Source: Felis catus
Lineage: Eukaryota
Assembly (NCBI RefSeq): GCF_018350175.1
Contig: NC_058368.1
Span: forward strand, 29,700,001-29,764,000
Direction: 5' to 3'
Length of the DNA: 64,000 nucleotides
Shown here in pieces: positions 34,558-46,657 of this stretch. Position 1 is the first letter of the stretch. Every line of letters begins with the position of its first letter. The notes below the pieces were generated by a model. The model did not search any database and was not told the DNA's origin. It worked only from the letters and a program-made list of their open reading frames with translations. The position numbers and the translations under genes are program-made.

Positions 34558-35934
34558 TATCTGTCAATCTCATGGCCACGACCATCATTACATAAAAAAA
34601 AAAAAAAACCATTTATTCAGGTCTCCTTAGTCAGAATTATGATGGGAGTTAATTACTGACATAGTTTCTAATTTCCAAAATGGAGCTTGTTACCTGTGCC
34701 ATGTCTTTTTAACATTTTTCCATGAACCCTGATAAACCGGGGGCAGACACACAGAAAGTAACTTAATAACATGTAATGCCCCAGAAATCAAGGTACGTTA
34801 AGGGCATCAGCCAGACAGGCAGAAATCACCACTCCTTTTAACCTTTTATTACCTACCGCATATGAATTACAACCACACAATGTAATTCTCATTCAAGATG
34901 ATGGCCTGAATCGTAAAATTTCAAGTATGAAATGTGTTCTGTTTATTTCAGCAGGAAAGTATGCAATACAACCAGTCTCCTTGTTTATTTTTTATGATTC
35001 AGTGCTCGAAGGGGTAAACCTAAATTACACGGCACACTCACTCCTGTAGAATGCCTCATCACCTGACAATGAATGGGCCAACCAGGTGTTCTAGTGGGTA
35101 AGAACGGAGATTTGAATTGTGCACTTATACATCTGACATGATGAGGAATGGAGTGTTCTCAGCAACTAATACATATTCAAAGGAGGGTTGAGGGAGGCAC
35201 CTCTTCTTGCCTTGGGTCTGACCATGATTCTTGAAGGTGGGAGTTTAAGAATCTGCTCTAATCACTTGAAAGCAGTGACTCTGGATGGACAGGAAAGTGG
35301 CCCTAGCTTTGATGTGCAGAGTACAATATTCATTTTGATCCTTTTTGAAGAGAGTTCCAGCAAATTTAGTTCCACCCAGGTTCTCACAAGGTCAGACGTC
35401 CAACGTTCAGGTTGGTTCTCTGTGAAGATTAGGATGCAGTGAGTCTGCCAGCTGATGTGGTTGCCAGACCCCTCACTCTGTCTCTTCAAACCCCGGGAGC
35501 CCAATTTCTCTAAAGAAGAAATTTGAAGAAACAATTCACTCCCTCAGTCTAATGTCCCTCTGAGTCAGAAGAACAATCTCTCAAGGACAATTCAGTTCAA
35601 TAATAATAGTAATACAGGCGCCATAACCACCTCCTGTGTTTGTATCACACTGTCTTTCCACAGGGATATGATGCTTGGAAGATCCTCTCTCATTCCAGAA
35701 GGCAAGGCACTATCGCTCCCTCTTGAACTCCCAGGAGGCCCAGTATGATTAACCGGAAAGGATTTGATCTTCACAAAACCATCCCCACACACCGTGATCT
35801 TCTAAAATCTTGCAAAGGAGATTTTTGATGCCATCTTCTATTTAGAATTTTGTTTTCCTTTCCTTCCTTCCTCCTCCTCTCCCTTTCTCCCTTCTCCTAA
35901 TTTCCTCCTTCCTTCCTTTCTTCCTTTTTCTTTT

Positions 35935-36820
35935 TTTAAAGGCTTTATTTTTTTGGAGCAGGTTTAGGCTCACAGCAAAATGAGAGGAAGGTGGAGAGAT
36001 TTCCCATATACCCTCTGCCCCTCCCCCCCCCCCATCAGAGCCTCTCCCATTATCAACATCCCCCACCAGATGGTTCATAGGTTACAACTGATGAACCTGC
36101 CCAGACACAACATCATCACCCAAAGTCCATAGTTTCCATTACGGTTCATTCTTGGTGTTGTGCCGTCTATGGGTTTGAAAAAACGTATGACATGTATCCA
36201 CCATCATAGTATCATACAGTCCTTTCACTGCCCTAAAAATCTGTGTTCATCTATTCATCCCTCTCCTTCCCATCAGCCTCGGATCTTTTCACTATCTCTG
36301 TAGCATTGCCCTTTCCAGAATGTCATATATTCAGACTACCTTTTCGGATTGGCTCCTTTCACTTAGTAATACGCACTGAAGATTCCTCCGTGTCCTGGTA
36401 GCTCATATCTTTTTAGCACCGAATAAAATTCCACTGCCTGGGTGAACCACAGTTTATCCATTCACCTATCGAGGGACATCTTGGTTACTTCCAAGTTTTG
36501 GCAGTTACGAATAAAGCTGCCATAAACACCTATGTGCAGGTTTCTGTGTGTCCATAAGTTTTCAGCTCCTTTGGGTAAATATCAAGGAGCACGATTGTTG
36601 GATCATATGGTAAGAGTATGTTCAGTCTTGTAAGAAACTGCCAGACTGTCTTCCAAAGAGGCTGTATTCCTACCAGCATCGAATGAGAGATCCTGTTACT
36701 CCACATTTTTGCCAACGTTTGGTGTTTTCAGTGATCGATTTGGCTCCTGTGATAGGTGTGTCACAGTATCTCGTTATTTCAATTTGTACTTCCCTGATGA
36801 CATATGAGGTGGAGAACCCC
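35935..36820 (-). mobile_element. L1MC-like 3' end
   Basis: ttttggagcaggtttaggctcacagcaaaa...ttatcaacatcccccaccaga...catcatcacccaaagtccatagttt; ORF fragment PLWKTVWQFLTRLNILLPYDP. Confidence 0.88.
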
Positions 36821-38582
36821 TTGCTTCTTTCCTTTCTCCCTCCCTCCCTCCCTCCCACTATCACTCTCCGCCCCCCCCCCGCCTTTTTTTTTTTTTTTTT
36901 TTACTAAGATTGAGCAGTTAGGATAATATGCATATAGTCATCCACCAGGCAGCTTCTTTTCAACTTTTAAAAATTCAGTGGTACATTTTCAGTCTCAGGG
37001 GCTCTCAGTGGTCCTCTAGACATGTACAGAATAATGGCAGCATGGGCAGTGACTCAGCCGCCTCCTCCTAAGTGCCCTGGATGTATTGTTTTCCTCTGCA
37101 GTGACTAGGCCAGCACTCTATTCCTTTAATACAAAGGCATCGTTATTGACTAGTTTTGAAGGGAAATTTATTTTCATCCGCCCTTCTAAACCACAACTTC
37201 GACACCTCCACCTCCTCCTCTTCATAAAAGTCACGGTAGGGTGTTCAATTATAGCTAAAAGCCCTAGATTTAAGTGACAGATTAAGAGGCTCGGCAGGTT
37301 GCTACTACAATGTTCATTTCATCTGTTGGTTTATTTTTCTAACCTGCAGGCACCGGGCTTTAGGTAAGCCTTTTGACAAGGTGCTGTTTGCTGATGCATC
37401 CTGTGGCTGTCTAGCTCTCTTTGCTGGGCACTCATGGTGTGGTCTTTGGGAGAGGTCAGCGGAGGGAGCCCATCTGCATGGCACCATCCATGGCCCCAGC
37501 ACCTTTGATTCTCAGCCCCAGTGAGGCTCCAACCTCAACAAGTGGTGGGAGAACAGGAATAAACCCTCCAGACACCCCTGCTCCTGCCCCAGCCCCCAGC
37601 CTCCAGCCCCTGGCACAGAGCCTGGCACACAGTGGGGGCTCCATAGAGTCTACAGGATGAAAGAATGAAATGCTCCAAAGCAGGGAGGCGTTAAGTGTCT
37701 GCATTTGCTTCAAGTGGAGATAAGGGGAGAACTGTAAGTGCCACCCACTCCTCTCGAAATTACAGGAGAAAAAAATGCCTATTTTTTCCATTTTGCTTTG
37801 TTTGACTTCCAAGGGTATATTTCCATCCCCCGTCCACTCTGCCTCTCTTTTTGCTCTCCTCCGAGGATGCTTCCAGATGTCTTTGACCTCTGTGGGGTCT
37901 CACAGGAAGCTGCTATCAGCTGTTCACCTCTTCTCTGAACCTGAGGGCAGGGCTTTCCAAAGACTTGGCCCTTTCCTAAGGATGCAGATTTGTAAGTTTC
38001 CAAAGAATGGAATTCCAACTCCAATGGTGGAACTGTAGACAACCCTTTCAGGCCACCGAGAAACTATCTGCAGGTACACTCTGTTGTCTTTCAGAGCTTT
38101 CTCTCCTCTTCCCGTGGAGGTGAGGCTTCTGTCTCAGACACCTGGAGCTTTCTTGGGGAAACTAGTCAGCAGAGATGGTGAGGGGGTCAGGTACTACTGC
38201 TTCAGGTTGGGCTTGGCTCCCGTCTCACTCCAGATGCCCGGCCGAGGGCACGCACCCAGTACCTTCCTGGCCGTACCTGCCCTTTTCTGCCCCTGCTTCC
38301 CAGTTCTTCCATAGCCCCAGGGTCAGAGCATTCATCACAAGCTTGTCCTTCCAGAGGGCACTCAGGCTAGAGCCTTCTTCAGGGGCCTTTGCTTGTGCTG
38401 GAGCTGGACCTCACTCTTGTCTGACCAGGGCAACTCTCAGAGGTTGCTCTGTACTTCCCTTCACTATACTTGAATGTCCTGTGTGTCTTCTTCTCCCAGT
38501 GGCTGTGAGTCCCTTCGGGGCAGGAGTCATCTTTCTCATTTTATAGCCCTCGTGTCTATTAGAGTGCCCAGCTCATTATAAA

Positions 38583-38792
38583 AAATTTTTAAATGTTTAT
38601 TTACTTTTGAGAGAGAGAGACAGAGCACGAGCAGGGGAGGGGCGGAGAGAGAGGGAGACACAGAAACTGAAGCAGGCTCTAAGCTCTGAGCTGTCAGCAC
38701 AGAGCCTGACGCAGGGCTCGAACCCACGAACTGTGAGATCATGACCTGAGCTGAAGTCTGCACTTAACCAACTGAGCCACCCAGGTGGTCCC
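38583..38792 (-). mobile_element. Can-SINE (felid type)
   Basis: TSD cccag(c/t)tcattataaa at 38567-38582 and 38798-38813. Confidence 0.95.
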
Positions 38793-38856
38793 CATCCCCC
38801 AGTTCATTATAAACATGAGTGAAAAGTACTGACAGAAAGAAAGACACAGAGAGACC

Positions 38857-38934
38857 GAAGAAGGAGAAAGAGAAGGAGAAGAAGATGATGGAGAAGGAGA
38901 AGGAGGAGGAGAGGAGGAGGAGAAGAGGAGGAAG
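38857..38934. repeat. Purine-rich (GAA/GGA) low-complexity tract
   Basis: gaagaaggagaaagagaaggagaagaag...gaggaggaggagaagaggaggaag. Confidence 0.85.
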
Positions 38935-39379
38935 TAAGAAATGGGTTAGTCACCTAGTTTCTACTATTTCCAACTAGTCTAGTAAGTAATTGTCAACATA
39001 GTTCTAAAAGAACACTAGTGGGGTATGCATCTCCATGGATTTGAGTTTCCATCCAGAGAACTGCTGGGTACTGGATTCTCTTGATGAGAATTGGAGTGCT
39101 TGTCTCATTGCTGTGATGGCCCCATCTAATAGATCATTAAACCCAAGGTTTTTTTCTTCCATCTCCCTGATCCCTTATTTTTAGTAACTACTCAATCTTA
39201 AGCCCCCTTTTGAAGTTGGATACTGTTGGTCTTTTACATTTAGCCCTTATCAGCAACCAGTTAGTGTCTGGTAATTGCAAATTATTTGAACAAGAGGCAA
39301 ATGGTATAGCAAGAATCTAAAAAGGTCAGGGGAGTTGTGTCTAAAAAATGCAGCTACAGGATTGAAGAACCTTCACTGG

Positions 39380-39437
39380 AAGTATTAATTTAAGACAATC
39401 AGCCTACTAAGTATTAATTTAAGACAATAAGTCTACT
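39380..39437. repeat. 29-bp tandem duplication
   Basis: aagtattaatttaagacaat(c/a)ag(c/t)ctact x2, 27/29 identical. Confidence 0.92.
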
Positions 39438-39521
39438 CAGGCTGGAAATGCAACTGGTATTCAGTCCCAGGCCTTTCTGCAATGAGCAGGGTAGGGCAGA
39501 GCTTCCTGGCCTGAGTGATGA

Positions 39522-39523
39522 GC

Positions 39524-39566
<43 letters not shown>
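39522..39566. repeat. (GT)n microsatellite with gcgt lead-in
   Basis: Direct read. Confidence 0.95.
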
Positions 39567-39568
<2 letters not shown>

Positions 39569-39920
39569 CAAGATTCAGCCAGGGTGAATGTTCAGCTGGA
39601 CCATGGTTGTTAGGTCCAGCTTCTGTTCCCAGTGGTCCGTGCCCAGGCTGCACTCATTACTAAACAGAATGACCTTCTCCAGACCAGTGAGGCTTCAGCG
39701 TATGCGTTTGCTGGTGGAGGCAAGGGGAGAAGTGTGCTCCTGAAGCCAGAAAGCTCCCTTCCTCTCTTTTCCTCATTTTGGCTACACAGTGTATATTAAA
39801 GTTTAGGCAACTTTAAAACAAAAGAATCACATTTTTATATCTTGCATTTTAGGTGAATCTGGTGGGTTAGCCTAAACCTAATTAATATAGGAAGAGTACT
39901 CATGAAGTTTTGCACCATGT

Positions 39921-39994
39921 CAGATAAGTGAAGCCCTCTATCCCTGACCCTCCATTCCAGATAAGTGAAGCCCTTTATCCCTGACCCTCCATTT
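39921..39994. repeat. 37-bp tandem duplication
   Basis: cagataagtgaagccct(c/t)tatccctgaccctccatt(c/t) x2, 35/37 identical. Confidence 0.95.
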
Positions 39995-41344
39995 ATGTCC
40001 AAGGTAATTATTTCCCCCAGAGTCCTGGGAAGAGGGAATTCCTGATGGAGGGGCTCTCTTTCTGTGGTCAGTAGTTTCTCCAGAAGAGAAGGAGGCCATC
40101 AGCTGGGAGCACTTTGGGGTGTGTTTGTCTTTGAGCATCTTGATCTCATTCAAGTGCTCAAGAGATGGGATGCTGAGAAGATACCAAAGGAAGAAAAGCC
40201 AGCCGTGGACACTGTCCCTCCACACCCTCATCTGAAGCCCCCTTTCTGCATCTGTGACTCCTCAGAGAGGATTGGAGAGTGGTGTCTAAGATTTCCAGAT
40301 TCCACCCTTGGCTTTTCTGCCAGGAGAGAAGAAGGGAACAGAGGGATTCAGTCCTTACTCAAACTCCTCTGCTCTCCAGGCCAGCCCAAGAGTATTCCAT
40401 ATTATTGGTGCCTTCAGTCTTTTCTGGGGGTCTGCTTAGCTCTCCCAAGCAACCTGTGCCCAGCAGGAACCAGGCCCACAGAGCCCTCATTCACCCAACC
40501 CCTAGCCCAAAAGGTGCTTGCACCCCCTAGAAGCTGGCTGCTGAGAAGTCCATCATCCAACGGTGTGCTGGTATTTGCTACCTCTGGTCCCTGATGTCTC
40601 TCTGCTGTGACACCTGCTTGTCCCAAGCTCAGAGTCAGAAAGGATGGCATCTCCAGAGACGAGGGCAAGGCTCCCATAGCTACTCACTTGTTCCCTCCAG
40701 AGTGCCGAGTGCACGAACTCAGCAACAGGTGATCCCCCAGGTGCCCCTGGGCCTCTTCCAAGGCCACCTTTTCTCTCTCCATCCTCCATTTTCCTCTTTC
40801 CTTCCCTGCCATTTTTTGCCCCTACCTTCACCTTTCTCTTTTATTTTTACATTCCTCACCTTTGTCCCCTTTTGTCTCCCTGAACCCTCCTCCTTCCCTG
40901 TGCAGTCAGCTCTGTCCCTGGGTCATGATGTCCCCAAGAAGGAAGGGCACCACCTGCCCACTCCACAGGTGCAAATGCAGCTGTAGGCCCAGCTCCCTGT
41001 CCCCTCACCCTGCGTCCTGCCCCATGCCCCCTGCCCCTGCCCCCTCCTCCAGCCTGGTTTGATTTTCTTTTGTTTCCTGTGTTCCAGCTCTTCTCCCCAT
41101 CCTGGTTGTAAGCTCCTCAGAAGCAAGCAGTACACCCTCATTTCTTATGATTTCCCTCACAGCCTGGAAGGTGCTTTGAAAAAACACTTGTTTATTGACT
41201 GGTTGATGCAGATACTGAATTAACTAATGCCAGGCCAGTCCACTTCCTGCAGGGCTAAGTTCAGGGCTGGGGTCAGCACAGAGTCTCTAAGCTGAGTTGT
41301 CTTTCTAACAGATCCATGGGGAGGATTAGAGCAGGGGCCTGGGA

Positions 41345-41750
41345 CCCGAGGCTTTGGAGCCAGAGAACTGAGGGATCACATCTAGATATCTCATTGACCA
41401 GCTGGGGGACCTTGAGAAGTGATCTTACCTTCTTTTTTTTTTTAATTTTTTTAATGTTTATTTATTTTTGAGAGAGAGACAGAGAGTGTGAGTGGGGGAG
41501 GGGCCAGAGAGAGAGGGAGACACAGAATCTGAAGCAGGCTCCAGGCTCTGAGCTGTCAGCACAGAGCCTGATGTGGGACTCAAACTCGTGAACCACGAGA
41601 TCACAACCTCAGCTGAAGTCAGACGCTTAACCGACTGAGCCACCCAGACGTCCTGTGATCTTACCTTCTGAGTCTCATTTTCCTCATCGTTAAAATGGAG
41701 ATAATAGCTTCCCATTGCTGTGAAGATTAGATGCAATGCTGTTTTAAAGG
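41345..41750 (+). mobile_element. MIR split by a Can-SINE
   Basis: ggctttggagccagag...ccagctgggggaccttgagaagtga [SINE] ttctgagtctcattttcctcatcgttaaaatggagataatag. Confidence 0.75.
41434..41654 (-). mobile_element. Can-SINE (felid type)
   Basis: Perfect TSD gtgatcttaccttct at 41419-41433 and 41655-41669. Confidence 0.96.
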
Positions 41751-42302
41751 GTCAGTGCATACTGTTTTCTTCTCTCTCCTCCAGCCTGTGTTTGCAGAAG
41801 ACACAGGGTGTAGATGCCAAGCCCTGGGGCCACATCCCTGGAGCTCTGTCAAGTACAAAGTGAGAAGGAACCCAGGGGCCAGGGAATATAGGGCAGCAAA
41901 CCTAGGTCCTGCTGGCTGGGGCTGCTCACAGCAGCCCCAGGACATCGGGAAAGTTACTGCCACCTCAGGGCCTGTTGAGCAATCTGCTGTTGCTCCCACA
42001 GCAAGTCTGCTCCACCTTATCAGCTTCCTAGGGCTGATGCCGATGACAACGGGGGCCCCGGGCCCATGCAGACAGCTCTGGTGCCTCCGTGAGAGGTGAC
42101 TGGCCGATGGACGTGCCAACAAGACGGCTCTCCCCTCACCTGGCTAGAATATAAGATGTACACAGGACCTTCCTTTACGGCCCATCATCCGTCGCCAGGA
42201 TGCAGCTGTAGAGCTTCTCGAGTGCAGGTGGTGCGGGCCTCGTGCACACCTGATGGTATGTGCTTGGGGTAGACCATCCTCCACCATGCTGGGGTGATTT
42301 TA

Positions 42303-42480
42303 GGGCATAGTGGTTAAGAGCAAGCACTTCGGAGCCACAGGGACATGAGTTCAATTCTTCACGATCGGCTGTCTCCTGGAGCTTCAGTTTTCCCATCAAT
42401 AAAAATGGGAAGGATGACACCAACCTGGTGGAGGGGTCATGAGGATATCGGGAGATAATGGATGTAAAGCTTGTAGGAGA
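42303..42480 (+). mobile_element. MIR SINE
   Basis: gcatagtggttaagagc...gcttcagttttcccatcaataaaaatggga...gagataatggatgtaaagc. Confidence 0.75.
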
Positions 42481-43589
42481 GGCCACAGAGAAGGCCCTCG
42501 ATAAAAGGTATCAGGCCCGGAGGCACGTATTCCACAGTCTATTGTCTGGAAAGAACATGGGGGAAATGGAAGAGCCTTGCAGATACACAAATGCTGGCAT
42601 TTTGAGCTAAAGCTCAGAACACTCCCCTGGGGGCTGGCCGACTCATCGAGTTCAGGACTGATTGTCTTCCATCTGGAATTACTGCAGGGGTCATGGGGGA
42701 CATCACAGGTCAAATGCGCACAAGGGTCTAGGCATCACAATAGTTGGTTCCAGCGACTGAGTTCTCCCGCTGTGGGGTTTTCAAGTGCGTGAGACGCGAA
42801 CGTAGCATGCACTGACATCATTTTAATAAGGCTCAGGCACTTCCATGAGATACTCTAGAGTCTTCCACTGAAATCGTTTTGCTGTCAAAAGCTGACATTA
42901 TAACGACATTGCAGGAGAGACTCCCTGGGAAATCACTGCTCATTTCCTTTCAGGCAGTTCGTTTACCTGCAGAAGCTGGACTCTTCTGCTCTCCTCTGCA
43001 GCATCTGGCGATTGACACGATCCCGTAAGTCAATTTTGCAGCTGAGTGGACTGAGGTCCCAGAAAGCCAGAGGCCTGAAGTGGAAAATATCGAGCAGGTG
43101 ACTCATTAAGGCTTGAGTCGAGGACTCGAGCCCCGAGGAGCAGCCTGCGCATTGCTGATCTTATTGGACATTAGGAGGCCTGATTGGACTGTGGCCTCAT
43201 TTTCGGCCAGTGTGAGAAGGGAGAGGGGGGAGCCTGCGAATTTGTCCCACTGCTGATTTTTCAGGCTCTTTGATGCATTTATTCTCCTACCCAACTCACT
43301 TTGATTTTTTATCCCATTCTCATCATCTGCCCCTCATGCTAAAACTTTCCTCTAGCACCTTCCATTCTGTTCCATCCAAGTGTGAAGGCCTGCTTTCTCC
43401 TCTTCGACTACTCCCCATCCCAACCCAACTTGGCAGATGGCCAGCTTTGGGCTTTGGTTTCCAGAGAAGAGGGTGACTTATTACAGTGATCTCCTCTCCA
43501 CTTTCCAGTTTCAGAAAATGAGGTGGGCACTCTCTGCCACAGAGCCGGCCTCTGATGCCCTCCTTTGGGCTTGGACCCTGAGTTTTCTC

Positions 43590-44460
43590 CTCTAGGCTGA
43601 ATTGTCACTGTCTCTTTGCACTGGTCCCTTCTAGGCCTTCAGACATGCACTCGAACCAACTTCTCCTCTTTCCACTGGTGAGCTTCTTACCCAGTCATCC
43701 ACATTCTCCATTGCCGCTTTCTCACTCTGGGGCCCCTCAAGCCCTTGATGACTGTTGTCCCTAGTTTCTACTTAAATGGCACCCTGAAAGTCAGAGGTGC
43801 CCCTCCGGTGGTCAAGCTGCACTTATCACTCTGTGCCCTATAACCGTGGACACTCTTAGCAACTATCTTCTTTGAGGAGCACCTAGGTGGCTCAGTTGGT
43901 TAAGCATCCAACTTTGGCTCAGGGCATGATCTCAGGGTTTGTGAGTTTGAGCCCCACGTGGAGCTCTGTGCTGTCAGTGCAGAGAATGCAGGGCCAGCTT
44001 TGGATCTTTTGTCTCCCTCTCTCTGCCCCTCCTCCACTCTCTCTCTCCCTCTCTCTCTCAAAAATAAATAAACATTAAAAAAATTTACAAAAACAGACAA
44101 AGAAACCCCAACTATCTTCTTTGAAATTCTTTCCTCGGTGGGTCTCAGTGATGCTCCACGCTGAGCTCTCTTCACACTTCTGGACTGTGTGTCTCACATT
44201 CCCCTGATGTCTTTTTCACCTCTCGCCTCAAAGCTACGCAATCTTCAGGGCTCAAGATACTATTCTCATATTTTCTGTTCTTTTTTTGAAAACCCCCTCA
44301 CTTTTTAGCTCTCCTGAAAATGCATGTCTCCAAGCTCTATGGGAGGGAGATCCTCAAAGCTGCATTTCTAGTTTCTACCTAATTTCCAAGTTCTCTACTT
44401 CTGTCTCAAACCACCCTAAGAATCTTTCCCTCTGGGTAGGCTTCCAACACCTCACAAGAA
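43590..44460 (+). mobile_element. L2 fragment split by a SINE
   Basis: Pyrimidine-rich L2-like sequence (cttctttgaaattctttcctc...tccaagttctctacttctgtctcaaaccaccc...gcttccaacacctca). Confidence 0.5.
43876..44108 (+). mobile_element. Can-SINE
   Basis: Perfect 16-bp TSD caactatcttctttga at 43860-43875 and 44109-44124. Confidence 0.96.
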
Positions 44461-44519
44461 GTGTGGGGAAAGCTGACCTGGCTTCTGCATCTTGAGCCAA
44501 AGCACGGTTATCATGTCGA

Positions 44520-44740
44520 GGTGCATAGCAGAGGGGTTTTGGGTGTGCAAGTGCTGAAGCCAGGCTCTGTTCAGAGCCTTGCTAGCCTAACCTTGTGACA
44601 GAGGGCAGATGATTGAAACTTTCTCTCAGTTTTCCCATCTGTAAAATGAGGATACTAATAAAACTGACCTTATATGGTTGTTATGAGGAGTAATTGAAAA
44701 AATACATATAAGTTCTTAGAACAATGCCTGACAAATGTTA
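44520..44740 (+). mobile_element. MIR SINE
   Basis: ctcagttttcccatctgtaaaatgaggatactaataa...ggttgttatgagga...cttagaacaatgcctgaca. Confidence 0.8.
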
Positions 44741-44963
44741 CCAAATATACATTCTCAAAACTTCTGAATTCTCTTGGACATATTGCCTTTTCCTCCACCC
44801 CACCTTGTGTCCTGATCCCACACTTCTTTTTCTGAGTCCTTTACTTTCCTCTTGGCCCTCGGTGCTCCAGGCCAGGATAGTGCATTTGCCTTTGAAATGG
44901 TCTCCTTATTTCCAGTTTCTTCTGCCTCAATCTAGCCAGCACATCATATCTTTAGCCTCACTT

Positions 44964-45161
44964 AAAAAACAAACAAACTATTTTTGAGAGAGAGAGCGTG
45001 AGCAGAAGAAGGGCAAAGAGAGAGGGGGACAGAGGATCCAAACTGGGCTCAATGCTGACAGCAGCAAGCCCGATTCTGGGCTGGAACTCAGAACCGAACT
45101 GTGAGATCATGGCCTGAGCCAAAGTTGGCCGCTCAACAGACTGAGCCACCCAGGTGCACCC
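44964..45161 (-). mobile_element. Can-SINE
   Basis: gagatcatggcctgagccaaagttggccgctcaacagactgagccacccaggtgc. Confidence 0.93.
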
Positions 45162-46014
45162 AAGCTCATTTTTATGTGCTCTTCATATACTCACCATTTC
45201 TTACAGGAGAAAGTTTTCCACCATCTAAATCCACCATGTTTTCTCCATCTCATTTGCATTCCTCACTCACTAAAACACTCTGCTCCAGGCGGGCTAAGTG
45301 TTCTACAGACAACTTGCTCTTTTCTCCCTTCCCCCTTCCCCCTTCAGACCTTCCTTTAAATCCTTACTAACCCACTACCACTCAAATGCCTACAGCATTC
45401 ACAGTCCAAATCTTCTGTTAATGGACTTAATCATATACAACTGTCTGGTGATTGGAAGCCGGTCCTCCCCACAGGACTGGGAGCTCCTTGGGGTTAATGC
45501 CTGTGTCGTGCATGCATTCCTTTGTGTTCCCCCAGAGCACCTAGCACAACCTCTTGCTCTCAGCAAGATGTCAATAAAGATCTGTTGGCCATTTGACCAA
45601 ATATTCAGAACATCAGATTCACTGTGAATACATACAAAGAGGTGAAGGAAAACCGTGAATTTCCCATGAGACTTGATCTTTGGTTTCTACATCTAGTATA
45701 GGCACGCATGTGTGTAAAAGGGCTGGCTTGGGGCAGGGAGTGGGTTTAAGAAGAATGGATGGGTTGGTAAGGGAAACTGAGATATTGAGGATATGAGAAG
45801 CGCTGATTTATTTTTGGGTTTCTGGGCATCTTAAGGAATTACTCCAGTGTAACCCATAATTATTCATTCCCCCTGGCTTCCTGTTTGTTTCTTTACATTA
45901 TGCAAATATTGATTAAACATTCCATTTGGTTGGATTCTGGTTGGATTCATAGTCTTAAGCTGTGATGTTTACTGATTGACCTAATGATGAATGACAGTTC
46001 TAAAACCATTCTTC

Positions 46015-46144
46015 CAAAGAATGCAAGAAAACTAATTCAAAGGGATACATGTACCCCTATGTTTATAGAAGCATTATTTACAATCACCAAATTATGGAAG
46101 CATCCCAAATGTCCATTGACTGATGAATGGATAAAGAAGATGTG

Positions 46145-46192
<48 letters not shown>

Positions 46193-46209
46193 GTATATAT
46201 ATATATATA

Positions 46210-46245
<36 letters not shown>

Positions 46246-46657
46246 ATGGAATATGATTCAGCCACAAAAAAAGAATGAAATCTTGCCATTTGCAAGGATA
46301 TGGATGCAGCTGGAGTACCATTCTAAGTAAAATAGGTCAGTCAAAGAAAGACAAATACCATAGGATTTCACTCATACATGGAACTTAAAAAACAAAACAA
46401 ATGAGCAAAGGGGAAAGAGAGAAAGAGAGAGAGACAGACAGACCAAGAAACACGACTCTTAACTATAGAGAACTGATAGTTACCAGAGGGGAGGGGTTGG
46501 GGGACGGGTTGAATAGGTAATGGAAATTAAGGAATGCATTTGTACGGATGAGCACTGGGTGACGTATGGAACTGTTGAATCGCTATGTGTCATTCCTGAA
46601 ACTAAACACTGTATGTTAACTAACTGGAATTAAGAAAAAAAAAGAAAAAAGAAAAAA
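46015..46657 (+). mobile_element. 5'-truncated carnivore L1 3' end
   Basis: ORF fragment DTCTPMFIEALFTITKLWKHPKCPLTDEWIKKMWY; 3'UTR gatgagcactgggtga...ctgtatgttaactaactggaatt; A-tail 46632-46657. Confidence 0.93.
46148..46245. repeat. Compound (TG)n(TA)n microsatellite inside L1
   Basis: Direct read. Confidence 0.95.

Noticed and set aside
40064..40986. Adjacent 176-aa and 130-aa ORFs
   Set aside because: No recognisable homology, low-complexity P/S/L/F composition, and equally long ORFs overlap on the other strand.
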